Shown here: positions 34,921-48,300 of the stretch, piece by piece
How the letters are laid out: each line of letters begins with the position of its first letter
Position numbering within the stretch: position 1 is the first letter of the stretch
Assembly: GCA_028534125.1 (NCBI GenBank)
Contig: CM052816.1
Location: 7,132,001-7,196,000, forward strand
Direction of reading: 5' to 3'
DNA length: 64,000 nt
Source of the DNA: Lama glama
Taxonomy: Eukaryota
Program-made: the position numbers and the translations under genes
The notes under the pieces: generated by a model
What the model was told of the DNA's origin: nothing
Databases searched by the model: none
Seen by the model: only the letters and a program-made list of their open reading frames with translations

Positions 34921-37900
34921 CTACCTAAGTGTGTACATTAAGTGAAGATTAAATGAGATAATGGACATAGTGTTTTGTCCAGTGTCTGCTCAGAAATATT
35001 GGATATTATTATCTCTCTTCCCAGTTTACTCATAATCGTTCCAGCAGGACCTGGTCCCCACAGGCCCTCAAGTTCCTACATGCAAAATTCATCAAGTGTT
35101 TTACCTGCAAGGCCTACTCATGATTTATAGCCTGAAGATTTGAACCACTGAGATGCTGACACTGTTTCCAATGTGAGGCCTTAGGGGATACTTCTTGGCA
35201 CTGCTTTTATTTATTTAACTTTCTGCTTGGTTACTTTCCTTCTTGCTAGAAGCCAAATCAACAGACTCTCCTCAATCTATTTCCAGAGTTCAGACCTCTT
35301 GCTTCCTGTCCAGGTTTTTCTGCCCACCTGGCCCCAGTCCAGCTCCCAGAGATGGTCCATCAGGTGGTTCAGGTGACAGGGACTCTGAACTTTTGAGCAG
35401 AAAGACAAGCAGGTTCTTGGTGGGGCTGAGACCCTGCCTCTCAGCCAGAGCTCAGGAGACCTGGTTTTGAGTCCCAGCTCCATGGGGTGATAAGGGCCTC
35501 AGTTTTCCCATGTCTGCAATATCGGTGCTAAGCTCTACTCAGACTCCCTCACAGGACGGCTCTGTCATTCGCTGAGAAAGCAGACAACGAAGTACTTTGG
35601 AATGGCCAAAAGAGTGTAAAAATAATAGGAATGAAGCAGGGAAAGAGGAAGGAGAAAAGGAAGAGGAAGGCCAGGAGGAGTAGGGAAATCTCTGATCAGT
35701 GATTCTAGCCACACTTCCATTCACTTGAAGAATCCAAGCTCTCCCCACTCAGGGTCTTGGCACTTATTCTCTGCTTGCCTGGAATACTCCTCCCCCAGCC
35801 CTTCTCACTGACTCATCATTCAATTTTTTTTTCCCTCAAAATCGATCTCCTCCAAAAGGACCACCCTGACTACCCTACCTAAATAGTCCCCCTATTACTT
35901 TCTCATGTCATTCTGTTTAGTTCATTCATTGCATTGATCATGACCAGAAACTCGTTTATCACCTGCATCCAGCTATTAGAATGTAAAGGGCAGGAAGACT
36001 GTCTTGGTTCTGTTGATTGCTGTAGCCTCAGTGCAATGGAGTCAACCAATGAATGACGGAGGCAGCTGATGTTCCAGGAGGTGTGGGGAGCATGGATGCC
36101 GTGCACCTGTGGGCACTGCCCTGGAGTTCTCAGGCTGTGCTGGGTGCTAGGTCAGGAAGGACAGGATCAAGGTAGTGTGGGCAGTGCCTAGAGAAGCACA
36201 GCTGGTGAGTGGCTGGTGGGGTTCCGGGCAGGTGGCTGGGACCCCAAGGTACTGACTTCTCATTCTGCAAGTGGAAAAGCTGACCCAATCTGATGTTGGG
36301 TCTGCAACACACTGAACTAGGGAGACAGGCACCCAGTGGCTGTGTAGTCTAGAGTCCACAGATGCCAGAGCTGCAGGGGAACTTAGGAGGGGGTAGGGCA
36401 TAGTGGTTAAGCACTTGGGCTCTGATGTCCCTTAAACATGGATTTGAACCTCTGCCACGTACTTGGTGCATGAGCCTGGGAAAATTATTGAGCTGAAATT
36501 CACTTTCCACATCTCTAAAATGGGGATAATAATAGTTCCCATTTTACAAAGATTAGGTCAGAAAATATGTGCCAAGCACTTAGTTCAGTGCTCGGCATAT
36601 AATGGGTGTTTAATACACACTGGCTCTTATTACTGTTATGCTGTCCAACCTGCTTGTTGACAGAAAATGTGTAGCTCAGACTGGAACAGGGATGAGCCCT
36701 GTGTCCCTCAGCAACTCAGTGGCAGAGCGGGGACGGGCACCCAGGTCTAGCACACCTGGCTCAGTTGCACGTCTCTCCCTTTCTGTAATGCCCTTGGTGG
36801 TGGTGGCAGGAGGACCAGCTTTGGTCCTAGCGGTCTCCCTCCCTAGCTCAAAGGCATCTTGCTTCAGGGGCCCCTGTTTCCCCCAGGGTGCTCTTACCCC
36901 TAGATATGAAACCTACCAAGCTTTCCTCTGAGGGTATTCTGGCTCAGGGTGCACCCACAGGGGCTTGGGGGTGGCCCTCAGATGGGAGTCTCTGTCCCAG
37001 AACTTTAGCCTAGCCCCAAACAGCTTTCCAGTTCCCGAACCAAAGGCCACGTGGCAACTCCAGCCAAATGCTGGGGATAGTTCCCTTGGCTCATTCTCAT
37101 CAGAGTCATTATCTTAGTTTATGAAGGAAAACACAAAGTTTAAGTTAATTTTAGTCCCATGATCCCATGGAGCTATAGCAACCAGTCCTATAAAAACAAC
37201 CATCTGTCCAGATTGCAGATATCGGAGGAGTCTGCCAGCACCCTGTATCGAACAGCTGAGGCAGAACATCCACTCTTGGCTTCTGGACCAAGGAGAGGCC
37301 TTGGGGGTCAACTGGAGCAGAGATCGTTTCTTGGATTCCTGACTAGTCCCTTTGAAACCCTGAAGGAAGCCACGGAAGAAATATGCACAGATGCTCAGAC
37401 TTTGGCAGGTTTGAGGATCTCCTGATGACCAGTGTTGGGCACTATTCCTATTAAAAGACAACTCCTGCATTGACTGAGAGCGAGCTTTGTGTTGGCCACT
37501 GTTGTAGACACTTGGAGCACTGCAGTGAACAAGTGTCTGCAGTGTCTGTCTAGTATGGGTGACAAGGAGCTTCTGATCATCACAAGTGCCAGGAAGGAAC
37601 TAAGAGAGTGGGAGGTGTTGAACTATTCCTGTGAGAGAGGGGGTCAGGGAGGGCTTCTCTTAGGAGACGACGTTAGAGAGCAGGAACCTGAAGGACGAAG
37701 AATCTACAGGCACAGGAAAATCAAACGGCAGAATGTAGCTGGCAGAGGTAAGAGCCAGTGCAAGGATCCTGGGGGTGTTGAGGAAGTGAGAGGAAGCCAG
37801 TGTGGCTGAAGCAGAGTGAAAAGAGAGGAGAGTGGTAGGAGGAAAGGATGCCAAAGGAGGCAGAGGTCACACCGTGTGGAAATTTATGAGAATGTTCTCT

Positions 37901-38929
37901 GCCTTCTCCCTTTCCGTGTTATTCAAACCCAATCCATGTTGCAGGAGCCACCTATTCCAGGAAGCCTTCTCCACCTGCTCCAACTCAGAGATCCGAGATC
38001 CCGCCACTCTGAACCCCTGGGATAAACCTCAGAGTCTGTCCCACTCATGTGAGTGGGTGTATGCATAGGAAATGCCCTCTTAGCAAGATCCAAAGCTCCT
38101 CGAGGACAAGGACCAGATATTAATTCTTGTGCGAGGCGTGCACTCATAAATACTCATACACCCATCAATATGCTCATAAATATTCAACCAAGACCTGTTG
38201 CACCGAGACGTTCACACTGCGTAAGAGCGAATCAAGTTGAATGTAGAATCAGCCTGCCTATCCACTTCTAGCCAGGTGGTCTTGGGCAGGTGATGTAGTC
38301 TCTATGAGCCTCTATTTCTTTGTTAGTAAAATGGGCATGATAACAATACCTAAGTCAAAGGTTTGCTGTGAAAATTCTAAGTCCTCAGTAAACCTTAGCC
38401 TTTGTTACCTCTGGGAATGTAATCAATATCATCAATCACTTTATCTGTCCTATACTGATGACACAGATCCCCCAGCTAGAAAGCTAATCCCTAATGTGTC
38501 TATTGGTGGCACGACTAGAGTCTGAGCGGTTATTTTTAGACCATGTCCTGAATCGTCAGCGATGATGCCATCAGTGGCGGCTTCCCCAGCCTGTGCAGAG
38601 GCGAGTCCTGGCCTTGCCTTTGTCACAGATACAACCCCCTTGAATTGCTTTGCCCTCCTCAGCATTGCCTAATGTTAGGGAGGCTCTTGTAAAGATCACT
38701 GGTCATAAAAATCAAGACACATGGGCCTGGCTCTGCCCCTGGGAGCCCTTGGGTAATCCCTTGCTCGCTCCAGGCCTCAGTTTGCCTCTGAACAAGGAGG
38801 AGGTTGTTCTAGGTGATTCCTGCCGGCCCTTCCAGCCCTTGGGTGCTCTGCTCCGTCAGGCTGTTTAGGCAACAGCCCCAGAACCCATGTGGCAGGCGGG
38901 GTTGGAAAGGCTGGTCAAGACAGCCCACC

Positions 38930-39060
38930 GCAAGGAGAGGGAGAAAAAATGGAAGAGAGAGACAGCTTTGGCTGCGGGGAGAAGGGGGAGGGGGAGGGGA
39001 GGGAAGGAGGAGACAGAGGAGGAGGAGGGACCGCGCGGTGGAGGGGGAGACAGACCCAGC
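38930..39060 (+). promoter_or_regulatory. SPARC: SPARC TATA-less purine-rich (GGA-box) promoter
   Basis: GGAGG/GGGGA repeats running into agacccagcccagagctctgagtggtttcctgttgcc, matching the SPARC 5' region as recalled; no TATA box. Confidence 0.85.
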
Positions 39061-39170
39061 CCAGAGCTCTGAGTGGTTTCCTGTTGCCAGGCTCTAAACC
39101 CCTCCACATTCCTGCAGACCTTCAGACTGTCCGGAGTGCACCGCCTGCCTGCTGCCTGCCTGCCACTGAG
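39050..39170 (+). other. SPARC: SPARC exon 1 (non-coding 5'UTR); start approximate
   Basis: CCTG repeats (gcctgcctgctgcctgcctgccactgag) then donor gtacgc at 39171; no ATG in the exon. Confidence 0.9.
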
Positions 39171-42100
39171 GTACGCACGACCCCTGCCCTGCCTGTCCCT
39201 TCTCCAGTCCCATAACCCCGACACTCCGGTTCACTCCTCCAGTCTGTGTATGAGGGAGGGGAAGCTGCGCTGGGAGGTCTCCGGGATCAGGGACGGGGAT
39301 GTGCATCTTCTCTGGGCTCCACCTCTGCTCCCTTTACGGGCAGGGGCCACAGACTTGCTGCCTGTTGCTTTTCGGGTGAAATCAGGATCACCTGGTCTCC
39401 CCTTTAGGTTTGCAGAAAATAATCTGACTGTCTTTGAGGGAGTATTTTCTCTCTGTCTCTCTTTGTCTCTCTGGTTTCAGAGGCTGCCTGCCTGGCCCCT
39501 TTGCTCCCTTTACAAATGTAGCAGCCTCCTCCTTTCCGGGGAATCCGATCTGGTCACAGCTGCAACGGGGGACCGGCCAGCAGCCAGAGCCTGCTCTGCT
39601 CCCCATTCCAGGAGAAGCAACTTCCTAGACTTGGTTCTTGATCGGGACTCTGTTTTCTAAAAGGGATTTTGCAAGAATGATAAATTGAACCCTGGAAGGC
39701 TAAGGGGAAGTCTTCAACTTTAATCAGCACCTCTTGGAAGGCTCCTAGAATTCTGTCCTCTCAAATCCCCTCCGCCAACACACCCACACACACATGCGCA
39801 CACACGCACACAAACACACAGTGATTCCGGTGCCATTCTGCCTGAAATAGCCCTATCAGATAGTCAGTCTTGGGTTAGGCATTGTTCCCACCCCTGGCTC
39901 CCCGGGGTGTAAACAGGAACTTGCCAGCAGTAGCCCTCCGTGTCTAGATCTGAAGACCCCAGACATCTGATATGGTCCAGCCGAGGCACTGGGTCCGATG
40001 GGAGGCTGGGTGTGCGGGGGACATGCTGTAAAAAGTGGAAGGGGGAAGGCAAGACAGAGGGGGCTCCACGGCAACCTTCTCATGACTTGTTTTGAGCAGC
40101 TCAAACCCTACACAAGGCTGCTGTGTAGCCTTTTAGGGTATTAGGGCTTCTTCAGGGAAACTCCTTCCTGTCTTTGGTTCCTTGGCTGGTTGATGAGGGA
40201 ACGTCCAGAGCCCTAAAGGGCAGCAAAGGAAAAGAGGGCACTGGGATGAGGCATGTCTTCCAGGAAGCCCGTCTGCCCAAAAGGGAACAGACAGACACAC
40301 GTTTTCCCCCAGAAAATTCTATCCTATGTAGAACACATAGAGAAAGTATTTTCACCAGCGATTCTCTGGGGTTAAATTTCTACACACCCCAAGCATTGAT
40401 GGCAGGGTGAGAAGAACATCAGAGGCAGGGTGACAGACTTAAGGCACCCCAAGATCACACACTTTCATGGGTGACCTTGGGTACGTGTCTCCTCTGGACT
40501 TAGTTTCCTTGTGTGTAAAGTTAAGAGGGGTGGACTTGATGGCCTTTGGGGTGCCTGACGTCCCCTGAAACTTTCAAAGGAAGGTCTCGTAAAGCAGAAT
40601 CCACAGACTAGCCTTTGAATAGGCTCCAAAGTGCCTGCAAGCCCCTTAAAACTGTGTATACCGCAGTGTGTGTGTGTGTGTGTGGGAACAGAGACAGCGG
40701 TGCACAAGAGGGTGTTCACAGCCTTCAGTCTTAAGATAGTCTCCAACAGATGCCTGACCCTCCAGATAGCCAGAGGGCATGACGTGGGAGATGGAGTGGG
40801 TGGGGATTGGAAGCAAAGGTATATTTTCAAGAGGATGAAAAGCTTTGACATGGGAGTGGCTGGGGAAAGAGAGAGTTAACTTGCAGCCATCAGCTGCCAC
40901 ATCGACAAAGCCTGGAGCAGAGGGAGGGAGGGGTAGAAGGGGGGTGCCTGGAGAAGGAATCAACTTTTGAAACTTTCTCCAAGTCCCACCCACCCCAAGG
41001 CTCTTCTCTGCCGTGACTCACTCTAGGAGGAATGCGAGTTGCCACGGTAACCTTTTTTTCAGGGTCTCTGCCTGCTGGCTGGGAGGGGACACTAGAAACA
41101 GTCAGAACATCAGGCTCAGTCTGAAGGTCCCCTGCTCTACTCTGTCCCCAAACACCAGGACTTACTGTAGGCTCTGCCCCTCTGATCTCCTGGAACCTGG
41201 GGCAACTGTGGGGCTGTGACCTGCTTCCTGGACAGGTTACTTGAAGACCTGAGTTTTCATTCCACATCTGCCTCAAAGGTGCCAGTTGACCTTGAACTAT
41301 TGGCTTCTCTGTTCCGAGCCCCAGCTTCTTCCTTGGTTAAAAGGTTAAAAAGCAGTCACCTCAAAGGGATATGGTGTGTCCAAAATGGGATGAGGCACAG
41401 TGAAGCACTTTAGAAAGTGAAGCACTTTATAAAGTTTAGAAACTGTGGCCCCCTACCTATTAGAACTGACGGCATCCAAAGAGTTGGTGAGATCATTTCC
41501 AACCTTTTTGTCTGGCACTTTCATCATCTTGGGGTTTGGATATAACTTCCCTTTCCTAAAAAGTGCTAAACAAAATAAACACTGTTCAAATTCTCCTGAT
41601 TTGGGCATTTTCTTGAGCACTTCCCAAGAATGTTGGACCCTCCCATGTGGAAAGAGTGTTGGCCAAGGCAATGGCAGAGGAGGGTCCTAATTCACAGTGA
41701 GTGACATTGGAAAGGGCTCTTCCCCTCTCTGGGCCTCAGTTTCCCAATCTGTTAAATGGGTAATCTACCCTAGATGGTCTCCAGATGCCCTTCCAGCTCT
41801 GAAGTCCTGTGAACCTAAATGCCAGGGGTGGCTTTCATTAGAGAAAGAGTCAGTCTATATTTTAAACACCCACTGGCCCCCTAGTTGAAAAGGAAACAAG
41901 AGAGAAGGGACTGGGGGACCTTGGGTTGCATAGCAGTCTGTTAAAATCTTTATCCATCAGTAGAGACTTGTCAACCAACAGCATGGCTGGGGTTTGCTAT
42001 TCACAAGAGTAGTTTTCCTTGCTGAGAATGAGCTATAAATAGAAAAGGATGGTGGAGGAAAGGAAAGGGCTGAGGATGTGAGGTAAACAGGAGAGTGTTT

Positions 42101-45100
42101 GGTTTGGGACGATATTTAGATAGGTAGCTATGTGTGCAGAGATAGACAAGGACAGACACAAACCCACGAGGATGCCGAGTATATAAACACTGATTTCACC
42201 AACAGGTACCCACTGGCAACAGCTAAGAATAAATGTCTCAATACATGAGCAGACATAGAAGGTCATGCACTCACAGAGCTCTCCCTGAACAATACCCTGA
42301 CTCTCAGACAAGGTCCAGGTGTGCATCTTGATGCACAGGCAGACTCTGACCCTCATCTGTACAGTCTGACACTGACGGATGCCGAGTCAGGTAGACATAC
42401 TCAGACTCACAGACACAGCTTCATGCAGGTCCTCAAGGCCATAAGTCACGTATACAGACACACAAGTGCCATTTGTAGCCACGCAGAGATGTGCACAGCC
42501 AGGCCTAACTACAGGTCATGGCAGGGAGACAGACACGTGACCACCTGTTACACATGACAGACAGAAATCAAGACTCAGAAAGGGAAAATAACTCACTTAA
42601 TGTCTGAGCCACATTGTCAGACGTTCGGAAACATCCACGTGTTCATCTTGCTTTTTTGGTCTGTTTCATCTGATCGGTTTGGCATCCTGCCTACACTTCC
42701 CTCTATAGGAAACAAGCCCTGTGTATAATAAGTGATGAGCAGTACTCCTCTCTCCTTTGCTGGCCTGCCATGGCCTAACCCCGCCCACGTGGCTTTGTCT
42801 GCAGGGCGGCAGGACATGGTTAAGAGGCGGTTACTCACTTGCTTCCTGCTGGCTCCCTCTCTAATCTCCTTTAAAGGACAGAAGGGCAGCCTGGAGCTGA
42901 GTTTTCAGCCAGCCCCGGAGATTAATGAAGTTACCTTTTCCCTACAGCACAGAGCCTGGGTCCTGACCCCAATCCTGAACTCAGGGACAGCTGGGCTGTA
43001 TAGGGCCGGGGCCAGTGACCAGTGACTTGACAGCACTATTAGAAAACCAGCCTCTTTCTCAACCAGGAGATGTATTAGAATTAACTCTGCCCTCACTCGT
43101 CAAGCCATAGAGCTTGATGAAGATAGGAATGATGATACCAACTCTCTCCAGAGTGGGTTCTTTCAGAAACTTGGTAGTAACACATCTCATCTGGGGATCC
43201 TTCTGGGCCACCTTGTGTTAGTCATGGCCTTAGATGAAAACAAACTGATCAATGAAAACAAACAAACAAAAAACCCCCCAAAATCAAGGTAAGCATCTGG
43301 ATGTTCCTGAACATCTGGAAGTTTGGCTCAGGTACCAGCTTGCCATATGACTTCAAGTGAAGTATCTTGCATCTCTGATTCTCAATTTCCCTAGCTCTAA
43401 AATCAGAAGTACGGCAGAGAGGTTTCCTATGACTTGACAACACCAGTCCATTGGTAGCAGCTGCCAGAACTGTGCTCAGGAATTGAATGCCACTACGGAC
43501 TTCAGAGGCCAAAGGTCATATGACTGATCAGTAATGTCTGCCACAGGCACAGGATGGGTAGGTGGAGGCATATATGCCATGGATTTGCTATCTTTGGGAT
43601 GTGACAGCCTGGACACTTTGATGTTATTTCTCAGCCACTCCATTTGTGGTCACCGGATGCAGCACTGGCCTCTAGGGGGAGCCAAGGAGGAGAGTCCGAA
43701 GCCCCGCCCTGGAGCCTCTCCTGACCACCGAGAAACGTGGCATCTTAGATGTGTGTATGGAATCTCAGTCAGGCTGATTCTAGTCTCAAACTCTGGGGCT
43801 ATTTCTGAGTTGCCCCTGAACCTCTTCAAACCTCAGCTTAAGCATCCATAGTACCTTAAAAATTTCCCTTAATTTCTTCCCTTCCAGCAAGAAATGTTAG
43901 AAGTGGAAGCAGAGAATTCAGGGGCAAGTTGGGAGAGGTGTTATTCTGGAAGGCTTCTGCTGGAGTTGACTCAGAACATAAAGGCTGAAAGGAACCTTAG
44001 CGACCACCTTGCTTCAGGGTTTTCAACTCTATTCATAGGAAAACCGAGAGACATTCCAAGGTGTCCCAGGGGTGTCCCAGCCTCCATCTCAACACCACTT
44101 TCACCTGGCTTTCTTTTTTTTCAATTTCAAGCTGATTTAGTAAATAGATAATAATATAGTCACATGCTTCAACAAATGCAAAAGGCTTTTAGCTGTTTTC
44201 AACTCGGACTTCTGCAGAAGACTTCATTGAGAGAAAGGGCTCCCTGGCCTGTAGACTTTTGAACACCACTGATCTAAAACAACCTCCTAATTGTGCAGAC
44301 CAGGGGCACTAGGTAGGGTGCTGGGAGTAGAGAAGTCTGCTTTAATTAGCACGGTGAGCTGGGAGCCACATCGCCAAGGCTCAATCCCTGGACTCCTGAC
44401 TTCCACGTCACCTCAGAGTGGCTGTGTCTGCTCCCGGGGATGTGAGAGCCAGAGTGGCCACACGGGCCAAGATGGCGCCTCTCTGGCCTGGCTCGGCCCT
44501 CCTTCCGAGTCCTGGCTCCCTGGGGGGCCTGGCACATGAGCTCCTTTATTAGCCTCTAGGCTTGTTTTCCTCTCTTTGGGCTTGTTTACCAGCAATGTGT
44601 GTTTTTGGAACCCTTGTTTCCAAGCCAAACAGTGGAAGCAAGATGCCTGGTTTGCGTCAGCAGCCCAAGTGAGAGGGCAGCCTAGGGCCCAGCCTTTGTC
44701 ACTGTGTCCTCTGGGAGCCAGGCTGGTGTGCCCGAGACCAAGAGCAGCAATGTCTCCTTTGTTCCACCCCAACACCTTTTCTCCCTGGGCCACAGGCAAA
44801 GAGCTGGAGTTCTTGCTTTGGATTTTCGAGGGGGACGGAGATTCTGGGATCCTTGGATTTTAAGATACTCTTCCAATGCTTACCTCTTGTATTCTCTCAT
44901 GTAAATCACCCTGAGCCTTTCAAGGTAGATGTCTTATTTCCATTTTACAGATGGAGAGATGTATTGAAGCCCAGAGAAGGAGAGTCACTTTCTGAAAAGT
45001 CACACAACTGCTAAGTGGCAGAGCCAGGACTTAAACCTGCATATTCTGTGTCCAGAGCCTGTGGGCTTACATTTCTGCCATACTGCCTCTATAAGAGTTG

Positions 45101-45104
45101 ATAA

Positions 45105-45335
45105 ACACTCTAATATGGTAGCCACTAGCTACCATATGACTAACGTACGGCTATGCAAATTCAAATTAATTGAAATGAAATACAATGAAACACTCAGTCC
45201 TTCATTTGCACGTGTGCATAGGAACATTCAAGTATTCAATAACCCCATGTGGCCAGGAGCTACCATATTGAAACAATGCAGATGTAGAGTATTTTTGTCA
45301 TCTCAGAAAGTTCTATTATCCAACATTACTCTACA
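45105..45335. mobile_element. MER3/MER33-like hAT MITE
   Basis: taatatggtagccactagctaccatatg...tcagaaagttctatt; related copy at ~61700-61900. Confidence 0.65.
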
Positions 45336-48300
45336 AACTCTTTGACTCAAATCAGATCTGATGATTGCATCTCAGATTCTGTGTTTCATGTTCTCCAGAG
45401 TCTATGATTCCAAGACCCACATTCTAAAAGTGTATGATTCTGAGATTTCTCCCAGTTCTGATATTCAGCAAATTTTCAATATCCAGTGAGAGCCCAAAGG
45501 AGGCCCTTTATGTTCTGAAGGAGATAAACTGGGAGGGGGCTGGCTGTACTTTTCCATCCCTAGGAGTCTTTCTAAAGAGGGAGAAGTGACCTCAGCTTCG
45601 GGTCCTGCTGGCAGCCAAGGACGGGTTTTCAGACATCTCCAGAGCAAATAAGGGCGAAAGGAAGGGACTTGATGTACGGAACAGGAGGCGGTGGGGTGGG
45701 AGTGAGTGGTGTCTGCATCTGATGACCACTGAGCCAAGGGAAATACACCTCCTGTCCCCCCCTCCCCCGGCCCAGGCTAATTTCCTTCCCTGAACCTCAG
45801 GCCAGTTCACAGCCCAACTGAGCCCCCTTCAGGTGAGCAGCTGAGAGAGAACGGCCGCCAAGGGAAATAGCCTGCGAGCTGGAGGGCTTGCCAGGGCTCG
45901 GGTTGGGGGTGGGGCAGCCTGGGTCCTCATTCAGCCCTGACACTTGCTCCCTGGGGCTCTGGGCAGGTTTTTTTCCCTTCACTGGGCCTCAGCCTTCTCT
46001 CCTGTACCGAAGGGCAGAAAGACATACCTTGAACTCTCAGTGGGATGCTAGCTTATGGAAACATGTCCTTTGAAAAGGATAAACACAGGCCACAACACAA
46101 ACTAAAGAGATGCAAAGGAGGGAGTTTTCATTTAATACTGGTCCTTTATACAATGGTGTTTCTCTTTTCACTGGGCATACCAGGCCTAGGATTGACTGGC
46201 AAAGGATATGTGCACAGCGGATAGTTTCCGGAAGCTGGGGTTTGAGCCTGTGCTCTGACCTTACTGGGCTTAACGATGCACCCCCTTGGCCTTGCAGGAT
46301 GCGCACTTGATCTCTTCGGCCAGTGGTGGTTTAGAGAACCTCAGAGAGGGAGCTCATGGGTACGGGGAGTCCGGCCAAGCACCCAAGAGCCATCCAGCCG
46401 CCCCCTTCCCCCCATCCATCATCTGGAGGGAAAGGGTGCTGGGACTGGTGACGGAGCACTGGGCAAAACCCAAAACTTGGAAAATAACTCCTCCTCCAAG
46501 ATTTTCTGTCCTTAATACTCTCCTTTTCTGCGTTTCTCCCCCTGCCCCAACCCCAGTCTCTGAGCACAATCCCTATGAGGCCCAGCCCAACTCCACAAGG
46601 AGGGAGTTTGTCAACTTGGCAGGGTCTGAATGTTGCGTGACTTCCTCCGTCTCAACCTCAGACTCCGCATAGGGACAGTGGGACTCAGAGCTCCCCCGTG
46701 CCTGCCCGCCTGCCTGCCAGGGGGTCAGGGGCTCCAAGGAGACAGAGCTGTATGTGAGGCCTTCAGAAACCATAAGGTACTGTAAGATCTAGAATTATTT
46801 TTCTCTTCCTGCTGCAGCACCAGGTATGGGGGTGGCAGAAGGGGTCAGTGCACTGCTGAGAAAGTGCAGGTGGTGCGCAGGACAGACGGAAGAGCCGACC
46901 AACAAACCCTTCCCTGGTCAAGGAGTGGGGGGCAGTTCCTCTGCTCAGATGCAGGACACTGGTTCTGGAGACGTCAGTCTTCCTGGCTCTCCAACCTGAA
47001 GCGTATTGCATTTCCAGTCCTAACCGGGCTGTTTCTCCAACGACATGGGCTCTCTGTCATTGGAGCCCAGAGAAGGTAACTTTTTTTGTTCCAGCTACCA
47101 GTCTTCATTTTGACTCTTCACCTTCAAATCATCTCAGATATGTCCTTCACTGATGCTTTCTCTCCTGTCTCGTCCAAAGCCACAAACAGGGGTTTTGCTT
47201 GGGTCTCCCAAATGTGGAAGTAAGAAGGGAGATTTTTCCATCTCTAGGCTGGGGGCTGGGGGTGCAGGGAGGGGGACAAGCATACAACTGTGTGATGGGA
47301 GGGACATTCCCAAAACTGCCTGGAAAGGGAAGCCTGGACTCCTCTGGGAGTTAGGGACATGGTGAAGCAAAGCCAAGCTCCCAGGCTGATTTCTTTAAAC
47401 TTCTGTTAGTTTTACTTCTTGTACATTCCGTGACATAGTGAGGTTTGGTGGCTATTTTAATCCAACAAAGGACCACTTTGAAATCTGCTCTTCCTCTGCC
47501 TGTTTCTGCTATCTAAATACTATAACCCAAGTGAGGATGGGGGCAGTGGGACATGATGATGTGTGCCAAGACCAGCATGTGCTGGGACATTTTTAGGGCC
47601 CAGCCTACCACCTCAAAGGTCACCTTGTCTAACCCTCTCAGTTAATGGAAGGGGGAACCAGGTCCAGAGAGGATGAAGGGTTTAACCAATACACCAAGTT
47701 AGTATCGAGATAGAACCAGTATGCTGGGCATTTAGTTTCAAGTCAAGTGTTTCTTCCATGATGCTAGGGTACCTCCCACCAAGGTGCCTGGTCCGTTGAG
47801 GAGTCTTGGAAGGAACTAGGGATGATAAGCCTGACATGGAAGTTTGGAGGACAAACGAGGGAAGACATGGCCACTGCTCCCCTTGACTAAAAGCTGCCTG
47901 GGGGTTAGAGCGAGCATGCCTGCTGTGTGTGACCACAGAAGGACAATCAGAATAGACCAGGAGAAGCTTGAGGGAGGCAAATTTAACAGTATAAGACCTT
48001 TCTAAAGCCATTTGGAAATGGAAGTTCCTTGAGTTAGAACTAGAAACAGAATGTCCCCATCACAGTTCCTCGGTCAGGGATGATACTTTGGCAGGGAGTT
48101 ATCAGAGGAGATGTTGGTCCAAGATGCCTTCCAGTCACCAGACTGTTAGAATCGAGAGCTCAGCCTCTAAGGGAAGGTCTAAGCAGTGACCAGGACAGGA
48201 GAAATCTCTAGAACTCAGCTGACATCCTTGAGCTGTGAAGGGAGAGGGCACGTAACATGCAGCACATGTCTAAGCGTTTGGATAGTTTCCACACAGGGTC

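Noticed and set aside
38139..38145. MRE core TGCACTC upstream of SPARC (also TGCGCAC at ~39795)
   Set aside because: Degenerate 7-mer expected often by chance; no cluster, so no support for metal regulation.
39778..39822. Alternating purine-pyrimidine tract (possible Z-DNA)
   Set aside because: Short, interrupted CA-type repeat; commonplace.
41399..41440. Short direct repeats (agtgaagcacttta x2; also tacaatagcc x2 at 21381-21400) as a CRISPR-like array
   Set aside because: Two-unit slippage duplications in mammalian DNA; no repeat-spacer structure.
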